Shown here piece after piece: positions 42,571 to 52,157 of a stretch of DNA of 64,000 bases. The position numbers were made by a program, and so were the translations under genes. Source of the stretch: Alphaproteobacteria bacterium (GTDB lineage: Bacteria > Pseudomonadota > Alphaproteobacteria > M2410); contig JAUWTJ010000005.1 in assembly GCA_030614785.1 (NCBI GenBank), forward strand, positions 4,144 through 68,143, in the 5' to 3' direction. Under the pieces are notes generated by a model. It had not been told where the DNA came from, searched no databases, and worked only from the letters and a program-made list of their open reading frames with translations. The first letter of the stretch is position 1; each line of letters starts with the position of its first letter.

Positions 42571-42691
42571 TCTGCCGCTGTGATCCAACCCGATTCACTT
42601 TCTCAATCAAGACCGCTAACTGATTCCCTTGATTCCGGAATCTGACTTATCCACAGTGATGGTTTGTTTGCATCCGGACTATCGGCGCGGC

Positions 42692-43366
42692 TTATATCCA
42701 GGATGAAATTTTCTCGAGTGGTTTTTTGATCTGCGCATGATCGGGGACACTCGCACCGTCTGCCGGGTATCCGACGACAAGAAGCAGATAGGGTTTTTCA
42801 TCCTTTGGCCTGCCGCAAATCTCATTGAGAAATGTCATGGGATTGGGTGTGTGGGTGAGGGTTGCCAGACCCGCATGATGCAGCCCGGCAATAAGAAAAC
42901 CGGTCGCGATGCCAACCGATTCACTGACGTAGTAGTTTTTGAGATCCTCATCGCCGCTCGGTCCACCGCGGCGCTGGGCGAAGATGGCGATCAGCCAGGG
43001 CGCGATGGCCAGGTATGGCTTGTCCTGGTTAGTTCCCAGCGGGTCCAGCGCTTCAAGCCATTCTTCCGAGGCGCGGCCGGCATAGAAGGCGCGCTCCTCT
43101 TCTTCGGCAGCGAGCCTGATCTTGAGCCTGGTTGCCGGGTCTGAAATCGCGCTGAAGAACCAAGGCTGGTGGTTTGCGCCGGACGGGGCCGCGCCCGCCG
43201 CCCTGATACAGTTCTCGATGACAACCCGTGCGACCGGACGATCAGAAAACTGCCGTATGCTATGGCGCCGCTTGATGTCCTGGTAGAAGGCTTCGGACCG
43301 GGCCGTCATTTCTGCTGCCGGATACTCGATAAAGTCTGACAGGGGGCGGGAATCGTGATCTTTCAT
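42692..43366 (-). CDS. Nitroreductase-family protein
   Basis: Nitroreductase fold signature (RHSIRQF...); start at MKDHDS with GGAG upstream. Confidence 0.75.
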   Translation of the reverse strand: MKDHDSRPLSDFIEYPAAEMTARSEAFYQDIKRRHSIRQFSDRPVARVVIENCIRAAGAAPSGANHQPWFFSAISDPATRLKIRLAAEEEERAFYAGRASEEWLEALDPLGTNQDKPYLAIAPWLIAIFAQRRGGPSGDEDLKNYYVSESVGIATGFLIAGLHHAGLATLTHTPNPMTFLNEICGRPKDEKPYLLLVVGYPADGASVPDHAQIKKPLEKISSWI

Positions 43367-43455
43367 GCAACGCTCCAATATCCGGAAGAGTGATGGCTGG
43401 ATCATAGGGACTGCGCAGACGCGCGCAAGGCCTGAACCTGAAAGGCATATGCCCG

Positions 43456-44637
43456 ATGAAATCCCTTCTCCTCAGGACTTACACCTTTATCTTCCTCAAC
43501 GACTTCGTCCTCATTTATCCGCTCTACGCGGTGATGTTCACCGACCATGGGCTGAGCACGGCAGAGGTCGCGGCGATCATGGCGGTCTGGTCGGGCACGG
43601 TCTTCGTGCTTGAAATTCCCTCCGGTGTTCTTGCCGACAAGATGTCCCGGCGCCATCTCATGGCCCTGGGTCAAATCTCCCGCGCCATGGGTTATGCGCT
43701 GTGGCTTTTCTACCCGGGCTTTTGGGGGTATCTCGCCGGTTTTCTTCTTTGGGGCGTCAAGAGTGCGGTGACCCATGGCACGTTTGAGGCCTGGTTCTAT
43801 GACGAGCTGAAAGCTCGTGGTGAAGCGGCGCGCTACGCGCAGTGCTACAGCCACGCGCGAGCGATATCCTTTATTGCCATTCTGGTCGCTTCAGGCGGTG
43901 CGTCGCTCGCCATTCTACTTGGATACAAGTTTGTCCTGGCCGTGAGCGTTGGCTCTGGCATCATTGCAGGCGCATTCGTACTTACCTTGCCCGCTGCTCC
44001 CAAAAGCTGCCGGAGATCGGAGAAAGAGTCAGAGGAAGCACCGCCTTACCTGAAGTTGCTCAAGTTGGGTCTTCAGACCGCTGCAAGCGATCCCGCCATA
44101 CTGCGCATCATGATTTTTGCAGGATTTGTTGCCGGGCTCATTGGCACGCTCGATGAATTTTGGCCCATATTTGCTGACATGGCAGGCGCGGCCAAATGGG
44201 GCATTCCGCTCTTCGTCGGAGTGCTGAGCGCCCTTCAGGGACTGGCAGCCTTTCAGGCCTGGCGAACCGAAGGATGGTCGAACAGAACCTTCTACCTCTG
44301 GGTTATCGGTGCCGGAACCCTGCTGATGGTGGCCGCTTTCGGTATGAACCTGTGGGTTCTGCCGCTCATCCTCCTGGGCAGTATTATCGATGCCCTGGTC
44401 AAGGTGGTCTTTGATGCGCGGCTTCAACATGCCATTGGGTCTGAGGCCCGCGCCACAGTTTCCTCGGTCAAGGGACTTGTTATCGAAGTCTTTGGTCTCT
44501 TCAGCCTCGGCACCTTCGGATTTGTCTCTGCCAGTTTCGGCGCCCGGACCGCCTTTATGACCATGGGCGCAGTCATCGCGTCAGGCGGGGCGATTTTTGC
44601 CCTGCGCTCGGTTCTGGCAACGCGCGCTCACTCATAG
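43456..44637 (+). CDS. MFS transporter
   Basis: 12-TM architecture; the last 8 codons lie inside the left 50-bp direct repeat. Confidence 0.85.
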   Translation: MKSLLLRTYTFIFLNDFVLIYPLYAVMFTDHGLSTAEVAAIMAVWSGTVFVLEIPSGVLADKMSRRHLMALGQISRAMGYALWLFYPGFWGYLAGFLLWGVKSAVTHGTFEAWFYDELKARGEAARYAQCYSHARAISFIAILVASGGASLAILLGYKFVLAVSVGSGIIAGAFVLTLPAAPKSCRRSEKESEEAPPYLKLLKLGLQTAASDPAILRIMIFAGFVAGLIGTLDEFWPIFADMAGAAKWGIPLFVGVLSALQGLAAFQAWRTEGWSNRTFYLWVIGAGTLLMVAAFGMNLWVLPLILLGSIIDALVKVVFDARLQHAIGSEARATVSSVKGLVIEVFGLFSLGTFGFVSASFGARTAFMTMGAVIASGGAIFALRSVLATRAHS

Positions 44638-44663
44638 GGCGGCATGGCGACAAAGCCGGGCAG
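44614..44663 (+). repeat. Left 50-bp direct repeat (46/50 identical to 45844-45893)
   Basis: ctggcaacgcgcgctcactcatagggcggcatggcgacaaagccgggcag. The plus strand encodes the MFS C-terminus LATRAHS*; the minus strand encodes [11 protein letters not shown], identical to the GST C-terminus. Confidence 0.85.
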
Positions 44664-44837
44664 CTCTGGATCCCCCTCACGGGTGTGCAGAGCACACCCT
44701 GCCGGGCAGTGGTGGTCAAGCCACGGGATGACAAGTAATAAATGAATCAAACTCTCACCAGACTGCACGAACCGATTCTTACCCTTGAGAAATTCAGCTT
44801 ATCCACAGACTGTCCGTTGCCTGAGGACTCACGTCAC

Positions 44838-44893
44838 AGAGACTCAACATGCACTTCGTGCACGTGCTCGCTCCGTCCCCAACATTTCGGTAG
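44838..44893 (+). repeat. Internal direct repeat copy 1 (hairpin-containing, about 55 bp)
   Basis: agagactcaacatgcacttcgtgcacgtgctcgctccgtccccaacatttcggtag; contains the palindromic stem (c)gtgcac-ttc-gtgcac(g). Confidence 0.75.
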
Positions 44894-44981
44894 AAATCGG
44901 ACCTTGGAAGCGCTATCAGGACGAAACCTGAAACCGCGACCTCGCGGCAGACCGAAGAAGGAAGATAGTTAAATATATACT

Positions 44982-45009
44982 GTCCCCGAATTTCCGTCCC
45001 CGAATTTCC
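44982..45009 (+). repeat. 14-bp perfect tandem duplication (gtccccgaatttcc x2)
   Basis: Read directly from the sequence. Confidence 0.7.
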
Positions 45010-45282
45010 AGGTCAGTGAATGAAATTGTCTGGAGGGTTCTTGAGCAAGAGCTGGTGTACTGAGCCGCCAAGAGACCGTCCAGCCAATAAACAACCATCT
45101 CTGAACGAGAGTTCAATTGTCAATGTGCTGGTGGGGAATTGCTGTAAGTTGCGGAAAACGATGAGAGAATCTTGGACACTGAGACCGTTTGTTTGAATGC
45201 AAACCAGATTCCCATGTTACATTGGGGTTGATCAGCTTCTGCATGCTTCCCTTGCGACAACGTCAGGAAGTCATGCACGAGT

Positions 45283-45567
45283 GTGAAGTACGCGAATCTG
45301 TTGTCTTTGTCTCGTGGAATGAATGGAAGGATGAGATCGTTGGAAGATTCGACACCTGAAAGTTTGAGGCTAACTATTGTGAAGATGGCAAAATGGTTAG
45401 TGATTGGATTGTTGGTTTGCGTATTTCTTTTCTGGAGTGGCAATGAAGTCGCGGGAGCGATCTTTGGTGTGTGTATTCTGATTGCTGGCGGGATGATTGG
45501 TAAAACCTGGTATGACATACGGGGCTTGTCCAGCGAAGATGAGTCCGATGACGAGCGGATACAATAG
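45283..45567 (+). CDS. Putative small 2-TM membrane protein with acidic C-terminal tail (60-94 aa depending on start)
   Basis: Hydrophobic helices WLVIGLLVCVFLFW and AIFGVCILIAGGMIG followed by SSEDESDDE; alternative ATG at 45385; weak ribosome-binding site. Confidence 0.3.
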   Translation: MKYANLLSLSRGMNGRMRSLEDSTPESLRLTIVKMAKWLVIGLLVCVFLFWSGNEVAGAIFGVCILIAGGMIGKTWYDIRGLSSEDESDDERIQ

Positions 45568-45679
45568 CTGGTTATATACGGTTGTGTGTCCCTGACTTAG
45601 ATACCCAGTTCAATCTTCTGGCAAGGCTGGTGCCCAAGTGGTGAACCTTCTGTGTGCTACAAGTCCGTGAGCTTCGGTT

Positions 45680-45732
45680 AGAGACTCAACGTGCACTTCG
45701 TGCACGTGCTCGCTCCGACCCCATATCGGTAG
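45680..45732 (+). repeat. Internal direct repeat copy 2 (hairpin-containing)
   Basis: agagactcaacgtgcacttcgtgcacgtgctcgctccgaccccatatcggtag; about 90% identical to copy 1; 8-bp stem with a 3-nt loop. Confidence 0.75.
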
Positions 45733-45843
45733 TTGATCTGTTGTTTACTTCACTCGATTTCGTCTGATCACCCGGCTGACGGTCGTTCTGAGACTCTCGG
45801 GCGGCGTCATCGCCTCGGGCTGAGCCATCTTTATCGTGCGCTC

Positions 45844-45893
45844 CTGGCAGCTCGCGCTCACTCATAAGGTGGCATGGCGACAAAGCCGGGCAG
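45844..45893 (+). repeat. Right 50-bp direct repeat
   Basis: ctggcagctcgcgctcactcataaggtggcatggcgacaaagccgggcag; overlaps the 3' end of the GST gene on the minus strand. Confidence 0.85.
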
Positions 45894-46466
45894 GGCTCGG
45901 ACGCGGTCAAGCCAGGCGCGAATGGCCGAATAATCCGCCAGACTGAAGCCGCCGAGGTGGGCGCGGTGCGTATAGGCATAGAGCGCGAAGTCCGCGATGG
46001 TGGGCCCTTCACCGACGAGGAAAGAAGCTCCGCTCAACGCCTTCTCCATCAAATCCAGCGCCGCGTAGCCCTTTGGACGGGCTGCAGCCAGCTCCTCGGC
46101 AAGTTCGTGTTCTTTGTCCAGGAACTTGATCTTGAATATGGACGTCGCAATGTAGGGCTCGTGACTGTATTGCTCAAAAAACATCCACTGCAAAACCTCG
46201 GCCTGGGCGCGATTGTCATCCGGCCAGTATTGCGAGCCTTGCGCGAAATAGTAGAGCGCTGCGTTGGACTCAGGCAGGAAATCGCCGGGTTCGAGTTCGA
46301 CCAGCGGGATGCGGCCATTCGGGTTTTTAGCCAGGAACCCTGATGTGCGGGTTTCCCCGTCCATCACACTGGTGTGGATCCACTCATACGCAACACCGGT
46401 CAGATCAAGGATGAGTTTCACCTTGAAGCAATTGCCGGAAACAAGATCGCCATAGACTTTGATCAC
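45858..46466 (-). CDS. Glutathione S-transferase
   Basis: GST N-terminal thioredoxin-like fold (MIKVYGDLVSGNC...) and C-terminal domain. Confidence 0.85.
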   Translation of the reverse strand: MIKVYGDLVSGNCFKVKLILDLTGVAYEWIHTSVMDGETRTSGFLAKNPNGRIPLVELEPGDFLPESNAALYYFAQGSQYWPDDNRAQAEVLQWMFFEQYSHEPYIATSIFKIKFLDKEHELAEELAAARPKGYAALDLMEKALSGASFLVGEGPTIADFALYAYTHRAHLGGFSLADYSAIRAWLDRVRALPGFVAMPPYE

Positions 46467-46567
46467 CGGTGTTCTCCTCTCGGATTCAATTTCTCAGGCC
46501 ATCTCTCTAACCGATTCAGCTTCAAACGAAATTCGACTTATACACAGGCCATTCGTGCGCGTCCCAT

Positions 46568-47044
46568 CTATATTTCTCGCGCAACAGATTTCCTCATCAG
46601 GATCATCGGCGCAGGCACATTCCCCGCTTCAAGACCTTCGAACCGGCGCACGTCATACCAGCCGTGAGCGATGTAGAAGGCGTGTGCATTGTCGTTTCCC
46701 TCAAGCACATCCAGATCGGCCTGGGGATGGGATGAAGCGATTTTCTCCTCGCCATGGGCCAGCAGCGCCCCACCGTAACCCTTGCGGGCGTAATCCGGAT
46801 GGATATGAAGGGACTCGATCTTGTTCTCGTGAACAAACAGAAATCCGGCCACTTCAATATCAACGACAGCAACGTCAAAATCCTGCCAGCAGGCCCTGAC
46901 AAACCGACCAGCTTCGTCGCCCTCATGGAAGGCATTCAGGGCCTCAGCCGGAACAATCACCGCCATTGTGCCCAGATAAGTCGCACGGTCAATCTCGATC
47001 AGCCGGTCAATCTCATTTTCTCGCGCGGCCCGGATCTCAGTCAT
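46568..47044 (-). CDS. GNAT-family N-acetyltransferase
   Basis: Acetyl-CoA binding motif (RKGYGGALLAHGEE) within a GNAT-like fold. Confidence 0.8.
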   Translation of the reverse strand: MTEIRAARENEIDRLIEIDRATYLGTMAVIVPAEALNAFHEGDEAGRFVRACWQDFDVAVVDIEVAGFLFVHENKIESLHIHPDYARKGYGGALLAHGEEKIASSHPQADLDVLEGNDNAHAFYIAHGWYDVRRFEGLEAGNVPAPMILMRKSVAREI

Positions 47045-47933
47045 TGCGGTAGATGCTGTCGATCCCCGGCTCGCCGTCGCAAGTCGCGCGGCCAGTTGCT
47101 ACCATATGTTGGAGATGGGCCAGCACAGACATGGCGGCGGGACGGTGGAGGCGTTCGTCTACATCGGCATACATGCGTTTTACCATGGTGCGAATATCGT
47201 TCAGGTCGTCGCGGATACAGTCCGCAATTTGTACCTCGCGGGCATGGCGGTGGGCGATGAATTCCTTGAGAAACGGCGCCGGGTCGCGAATGGCATCGCC
47301 GTGTGCCGGCCACAGAACCTTGTCGCCGCGCTCAACGAGGAGATCAAGGCTTTCCATGTAGGCTTTCATGTCACCATCAGGCGGCGAGATGACGCTGGTC
47401 GACCATCCCATGACATGATCGCCGGTGATCAGCCCCGCCTTGCCCGGCAGAGCGAAACACATATGATTGGACGTGTGACCAGGCGTAAAGACACATTCGA
47501 CTTCCCAATCGCCGCCCTGAATGACTTCGCCGTGGCTGATGGTGACATCAGGCACAAAGTCCATATCGCCGCCGGCCTCAACCTGGATGCCCGTGTCCAG
47601 CTTGCCGGACCCGTGCGGCCCGAAGGCCCAGGTCCTGGCGCCGGTTTTCTCCTTGAGCGGCCTGGCGGCAGGCGAGTGGTCCATGTGAGTGTGAGTAAGA
47701 AGAATGTGGCTGACCCTCTCGCCCTCAAGCGCCCGGGTCAGGGCTTCAAAGTGCGCGTCATTGAGCGGTCCCGGATCGACAACAGCAACATCACCGGACC
47801 CGATCACATAGGTGTTCGTCCCGTGGAATGTGAAGCCTCCGGGGTTTTCCACAACCATGCGGCGCAGGCCCGGGGCAACCTCGGCAAGCACGCCATATTC
47901 AAAAGTCATTTCCCGAACGAATGGAATGGCCAT
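47037..47933 (-). CDS. MBL-fold metallo-hydrolase
   Basis: THTHMDH motif. Confidence 0.85.
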   Translation of the reverse strand: MAIPFVREMTFEYGVLAEVAPGLRRMVVENPGGFTFHGTNTYVIGSGDVAVVDPGPLNDAHFEALTRALEGERVSHILLTHTHMDHSPAARPLKEKTGARTWAFGPHGSGKLDTGIQVEAGGDMDFVPDVTISHGEVIQGGDWEVECVFTPGHTSNHMCFALPGKAGLITGDHVMGWSTSVISPPDGDMKAYMESLDLLVERGDKVLWPAHGDAIRDPAPFLKEFIAHRHAREVQIADCIRDDLNDIRTMVKRMYADVDERLHRPAAMSVLAHLQHMVATGRATCDGEPGIDSIYRND

Positions 47934-48049
47934 AGCCAGATCTCCTTATTTTTGCCGCACTATAGGGGAGTTGGTCTGATCAGCAAACGGGCGACAGACC
48001 TTAAAGTGAGCGATCGGGCTCTTTGATGCGACTATTGACCGGAGTCTCA

Positions 48050-48077
48050 TTGACCAGGCTCGAAAACTGTTGATAAT
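48050..48077 (+). promoter_or_regulatory. Candidate sigma-70 promoter upstream of the liv-type operon (TTGACC-N16-GATAAT)
   Basis: Hexamers read directly from the sequence about 160 bp upstream of the first permease gene. Confidence 0.3.
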
Positions 48078-48237
48078 CAGCCCTTGGACGAGGCGCTCAG
48101 GGGACGACGATCTTGCCTCCGAAAAGATTTGGCTTGGGTTCCGCGTCTTTTCTACCGAAAGACGAGGGTAGGGCCGTTTTGGGCATTTGGGTAAATGTCG
48201 CCAATTTTTAATGGCGGCTCGCAAGAGTGGGAGAGGC

Positions 48238-49224
48238 ATGGACAAGGCTTTTGAAGTTTTGTGGCGCATTATTGCTGGCGCCTCGCTTGTCGCGTTCGTC
48301 TCGCCGCCCTTCCTCTTTCTCTTTGGCGTGATCGATAGCTCCGCCCTTATGCTCTATCTCCAGCAAGTGGTTTCGGGTGTTGCCAATGGCTGCGTTTATG
48401 CGCTGGTCGCCCTGGGCATCGTGCTGATCTATAAGGCGACGGAGACGATCAATTTCGCGCAAGGCGAAATCCTGATGATCGGTGCGTTTCTTGCTTTCAC
48501 CTTTATCAATATTCTCGGTATGAATTTCTGGCTTGGTGCGCTGCTGGCCGCAGGTGGTACGGCGCTGGTCGGCATGGGCGTCGACCGGATCATCATTCGC
48601 CCCATGGTCGGTCAGCCGGCCTTTGCTATTGTTATGGTGACCATCGGCTTCGGTTTTGTTGCAAGGTCGGCCGTCTCTATGGTGCCAGGCTGGGGCACCG
48701 ACAGCTACGCCATTGAGCGTCCCTTCGCAGCGGACGTCTTCACCTGGGGTGAAATTGCGATCTCCTATGATCATGCGATGATTGTCGCGACAACGGTGGT
48801 CCTGTGTGCGGCGCTTTTTCTGTTCTTCCGTTATACAAAGCTCGGCATCGCCATGCAGGCCTCATCTCAAAATCAGCTCGCGGCCTATTACATGGGCATC
48901 CCGGTCAGACAAATCTTCACGCTGATCTGGGGCTTGTCGGCAGGGGTTGCCGGGCTCGCCGGGCTCATGCTTGCGCCCTTTACCTTCGTCCACACCAATA
49001 TGGGCATGGTTGTGTTCCGCGCCTTTCCGGCGGCGGTGCTTGGTGGCTTCGGATCGATCCCCGGTGCTATTGTTGGCGGGATCATTATCGGGATTGTCGA
49101 GAGCCTGTCCGGGTTTTATCTCGATGAAGGGATCAAGAATGTCGCTGCCTATGTCGTCCTCCTCCTCGTGCTGGTGCTAAAGCCCGAAGGTATCTTTGGT
49201 GTTGTCCACCGGAAGAAGGTGTGA
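48238..49224 (+). CDS. Branched-chain amino acid ABC transporter permease (LivH-like)
   Basis: LQQVVSGVANGCVYALVALG N-terminal signature of LivH-type permeases; start could be as late as 48349. Confidence 0.85.
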   Translation: MDKAFEVLWRIIAGASLVAFVSPPFLFLFGVIDSSALMLYLQQVVSGVANGCVYALVALGIVLIYKATETINFAQGEILMIGAFLAFTFINILGMNFWLGALLAAGGTALVGMGVDRIIIRPMVGQPAFAIVMVTIGFGFVARSAVSMVPGWGTDSYAIERPFAADVFTWGEIAISYDHAMIVATTVVLCAALFLFFRYTKLGIAMQASSQNQLAAYYMGIPVRQIFTLIWGLSAGVAGLAGLMLAPFTFVHTNMGMVVFRAFPAAVLGGFGSIPGAIVGGIIIGIVESLSGFYLDEGIKNVAAYVVLLLVLVLKPEGIFGVVHRKKV

Positions 49225-49234
49225 GGGTGAGCAT

Positions 49235-50506
49235 ATGAGATACCAGTTTAAAACCGAGTATATTCAGGACATCCGGTTGTTCCGCTGGGGCGGTGCGCGA
49301 GCCTTCTGGACGCTGCTCGGCGTCTATACACTCATTGTCGCCGGGCTCAACCTGTTCATGCCGGGCCAGATGACGGCACTTAATTGGGTCGGCCTTGGCG
49401 CGGTCTCTGCCGTTCTCTACACAGTTGTCGTGCGCAAGGTGGCGGGCGATGCCCTGTGGTACGGGCTCCTTGGCATTGTCGTCCTGACGGCTCCTTTTGT
49501 GCTGGATATCTATTTCGTCAGTCAGCTGACGCTTGTCTATATATACGCCATTGCCGGTGTCGGGCTCATGCTGCTTGTCGGGCAAGCCGGGCTTATTTCC
49601 CTTGGTCACGCGGCCTTTATGGCCTGCGGCGCCTATGTGGCTGCGATCATGAGCCAGCAGGGCTATGACCTTCTGGTGATACTGCCCGCTGCCGTTCTGA
49701 TCTCGGCGATGCTGGGGTTTATCGTTGGGCTTCCGGCCCTGCGCATGACCGGCATCTATCTTGGCTTTGCCACCTACGCTTTTGCCTATATTTTTGAAGA
49801 AGTGCTCGCCCGCGCCGACGGGCTCACCGGCGGCAACAATGGCATGCTTGTTGAAATGCCGCAGCTCTTCACCTTCCTTGACGGGGTGAAGATTGGCGGT
49901 CTGGAGCTTGGCCCCATTGTTATCGACAATGAAGTGAAACTCTATTTTCTCAGTCTCGCCCTTGTGGCTTTGACCATACTCGTGGGGATTAACATTCTGC
50001 GCTCGCCCACAGGCCGCGCGTTCTCTGCCATTCGCGATTCCGAAGTTGCAGCCGAAGCCCTGGGGGTCAATCTCGCCATATACAAGACAGCCGCTTTCGC
50101 GATTTCGGCGGGCATGGCCGGGCTCGCCGGTGCGCTCAATGCGTATTTCCTGTCCTATATTTTTCCCGAAGCGTTCACGATCCTGGTTTCGATTGAGCTT
50201 CTGGTGATGGTTCTCGTCGGAGGGCTCGGGTCGCCGCTTGGTGTTGTTTTTGGCGCGATATTCATCGTCATGGTGCCGGAAATGGTTGCCATCGCCAAGG
50301 ATATCCTGCCGCCTGCCATCGGCGAGCAACCAGGTCTTAAAAACGGTGTCTACGGATTGATCCTCATTCTCTTCCTCATCTTCGAGCCCCTCGGCATTCA
50401 TGGCTGGTGGCTCAAGGCCAAGACCTATTTCAATCTTTTTCCGCTTTACAAACAGGGTCTCTTCAAGCGGCAAAAGTCCTATATGGTCTCGGAACGGGAT
50501 CGATAG
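49235..50506 (+). CDS. Branched-chain amino acid ABC transporter permease (LivM-like)
   Basis: LivM-type polytopic permease; GAGGGTGAG ribosome-binding site. Confidence 0.85.
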   Translation: MRYQFKTEYIQDIRLFRWGGARAFWTLLGVYTLIVAGLNLFMPGQMTALNWVGLGAVSAVLYTVVVRKVAGDALWYGLLGIVVLTAPFVLDIYFVSQLTLVYIYAIAGVGLMLLVGQAGLISLGHAAFMACGAYVAAIMSQQGYDLLVILPAAVLISAMLGFIVGLPALRMTGIYLGFATYAFAYIFEEVLARADGLTGGNNGMLVEMPQLFTFLDGVKIGGLELGPIVIDNEVKLYFLSLALVALTILVGINILRSPTGRAFSAIRDSEVAAEALGVNLAIYKTAAFAISAGMAGLAGALNAYFLSYIFPEAFTILVSIELLVMVLVGGLGSPLGVVFGAIFIVMVPEMVAIAKDILPPAIGEQPGLKNGVYGLILILFLIFEPLGIHGWWLKAKTYFNLFPLYKQGLFKRQKSYMVSERDR

Positions 50507-50509
50507 GGG

Positions 50510-51340
50510 ATGCAAATGGCAAAATCAGATGCATTTCTGGAAGTTGACGACCTGGCCATTCACTTCGGCGGGATCAAGGCGGTCGACGGCGTCACCTTCT
50601 CCGTGAAGAAGGGCGAGGTCTATACCATCATCGGGCCGAACGGCGCCGGTAAATCCACCATCTTCAATCTCATTGGCCGGATCTATGACCCGACCCACGG
50701 GTCGGTTTCCTTTGAGGGCAAACGCATTTCCAGATTGCCGACCCACAAGATCGTCGGACGCGGCATCGCACGGACCTTTCAAAACATCGAGCTCTTCGAG
50801 ATGGCAACGGTGCTCGACAATATGTTGCTCGGGCGCCACGCGCATCTCGGCGCGGGTCTGCTGTCTCATATGGGCTTTTTCCCTCACGTGCGCCGTGAAG
50901 AGGAACGCCATCGCCATATGATTGAGGAAGTGATCGATTTCCTCGATCTGCAGCACTACCGCGACCAGCGGATCGCTGAATTGCCCTATGGCGTGCGCAA
51001 GGTCGTCGAGCTTGGCCGCGCCCTCGCGACAGAACCAAAGCTGCTGCTGCTTGATGAGCCCTCATCGGGCCTCAACGTCGAGGAGACCGAGGACATGGCG
51101 TTCTGGATCTCCGATATCCAGAGCATTCTCGGCATCACCGTTGTCATGGTCGAGCACGACATGACCCTCGTCAACGAGGTGTCGGATCGGGTTCTGGCGA
51201 TCAACTACGGCAAGGTCATCGCCGAAGGCACGCCTGAAGAAGTCCAGGTCCACCCGGAAGTCATCCGCGCCTATCTCGGCGGCGATGAAGATGAGCCTGC
51301 AGAGGGTCCAAAAGAGGGGGAGGGCGATGGCGAAGGATAA
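50510..51340 (+). CDS. ABC transporter ATP-binding protein (LivG-like)
   Basis: Walker A GPNGAGKST, ABC signature, and the LivG-type C-terminal extension; start may be the ATG at 50516. Confidence 0.9.
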   Translation: MQMAKSDAFLEVDDLAIHFGGIKAVDGVTFSVKKGEVYTIIGPNGAGKSTIFNLIGRIYDPTHGSVSFEGKRISRLPTHKIVGRGIARTFQNIELFEMATVLDNMLLGRHAHLGAGLLSHMGFFPHVRREEERHRHMIEEVIDFLDLQHYRDQRIAELPYGVRKVVELGRALATEPKLLLLDEPSSGLNVEETEDMAFWISDIQSILGITVVMVEHDMTLVNEVSDRVLAINYGKVIAEGTPEEVQVHPEVIRAYLGGDEDEPAEGPKEGEGDGEG

Positions 51341-52112
51341 ATCAGACGCAATCCTCTCGGTCCGCAATATTGAGACTTTCTATGGTCCGATCATGGCCAT
51401 ACGCGGCGTTAGCCTCGACGTGAAAAAAGGCTCGATGGTCACCGTTCTCGGCGCCAACGGGGCGGGCAAGTCGACGATCCTCAAGACCATTTCCGGCATC
51501 ATGGATACGCAAAAGGGCACGGTTACCTTTGAGGGCAAGAACATCACCAATATGGACCCGGCCAGGGTGGTAAAACGCGGCATCTCCCAGGTGCCCGAGG
51601 GGCGCGAAGTCTTCCCCCTGCTGACGGTCGCCGAAAACCTCAAGATGGGTGCCTATCTCAGGCATGACCGCGCTGGTATCCACCAGGACCTTGAGATGTG
51701 CTACGACTACTTCCCGGTTCTGAGAGAACGGGCGGGCCAGATCGCCGGTCAGCTCTCCGGTGGCCAGCAGCAGATGTTGGCGATCTCCCGCGCCCTCATG
51801 AGCCGCCCCAAACTTCTTGCCCTTGATGAACCCTCCCTCGGCCTCTCGCCGTTGCTCGTCAGGGAGATCTTTGCGATCATCCGCCGCATTAACAAGGAGC
51901 AGGGCGTCACAGTCCTTTTGGTCGAACAAAACGCCAATATCGCACTTCACACTGCGGACTATGGCTATGTGCTCGAGGTCGGCCGGATCGTCCTTGAAGG
52001 GGCCTGCGCTGACCTGCTGGAAAATGATGATGTGAAAGAGTTCTATCTTGGGCTGAAAGACCACGGCGTGCGCGGCAAGCGGCGCTGGAAAAAACGAAAA
52101 GTATGGCGTTGA
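51327..52112 (+). CDS. ABC transporter ATP-binding protein (LivF-like)
   Basis: Walker A GANGAGKST, LSGGQQQ signature. Confidence 0.9.
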   Translation: MAKDKSDAILSVRNIETFYGPIMAIRGVSLDVKKGSMVTVLGANGAGKSTILKTISGIMDTQKGTVTFEGKNITNMDPARVVKRGISQVPEGREVFPLLTVAENLKMGAYLRHDRAGIHQDLEMCYDYFPVLRERAGQIAGQLSGGQQQMLAISRALMSRPKLLALDEPSLGLSPLLVREIFAIIRRINKEQGVTVLLVEQNANIALHTADYGYVLEVGRIVLEGACADLLENDDVKEFYLGLKDHGVRGKRRWKKRKVWR

Positions 52113-52157
52113 CGACCACCGACAAGAACAAACAAAACAGGAAATGGAGACACCAAA

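Larger units (their letters stand above)
44664..45843. mobile_element. About 1.18 kb lower-GC insert bounded by the 50-bp direct repeats (non-autonomous element or integration remnant; no integrase or transposase)
   Basis: Compositional drop relative to the flanks, internal structured repeats, no conserved protein-coding gene; bounded by the direct-repeat pair. Confidence 0.35.

Noticed and set aside
44742-45518. Two ORFs inside the insert (76 aa plus strand at 44742-44972, 132 aa minus strand at 45120-45518)
   Set aside because: Low-complexity, no ribosome-binding site, and one spans the hairpin repeat. Only the small 2-TM ORF at 45283/45385-45567 looks remotely protein-like.
47106-48026. 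306-aa ORF on the plus strand
   Set aside because: Antisense to the MBL-fold hydrolase gene (47037-47933), which has the HxHxDH motif; no motifs of its own.
49133-50515. 460-aa ORF on the minus strand
   Set aside because: Antisense to the LivM-like permease gene; the composition is unlike real proteins.
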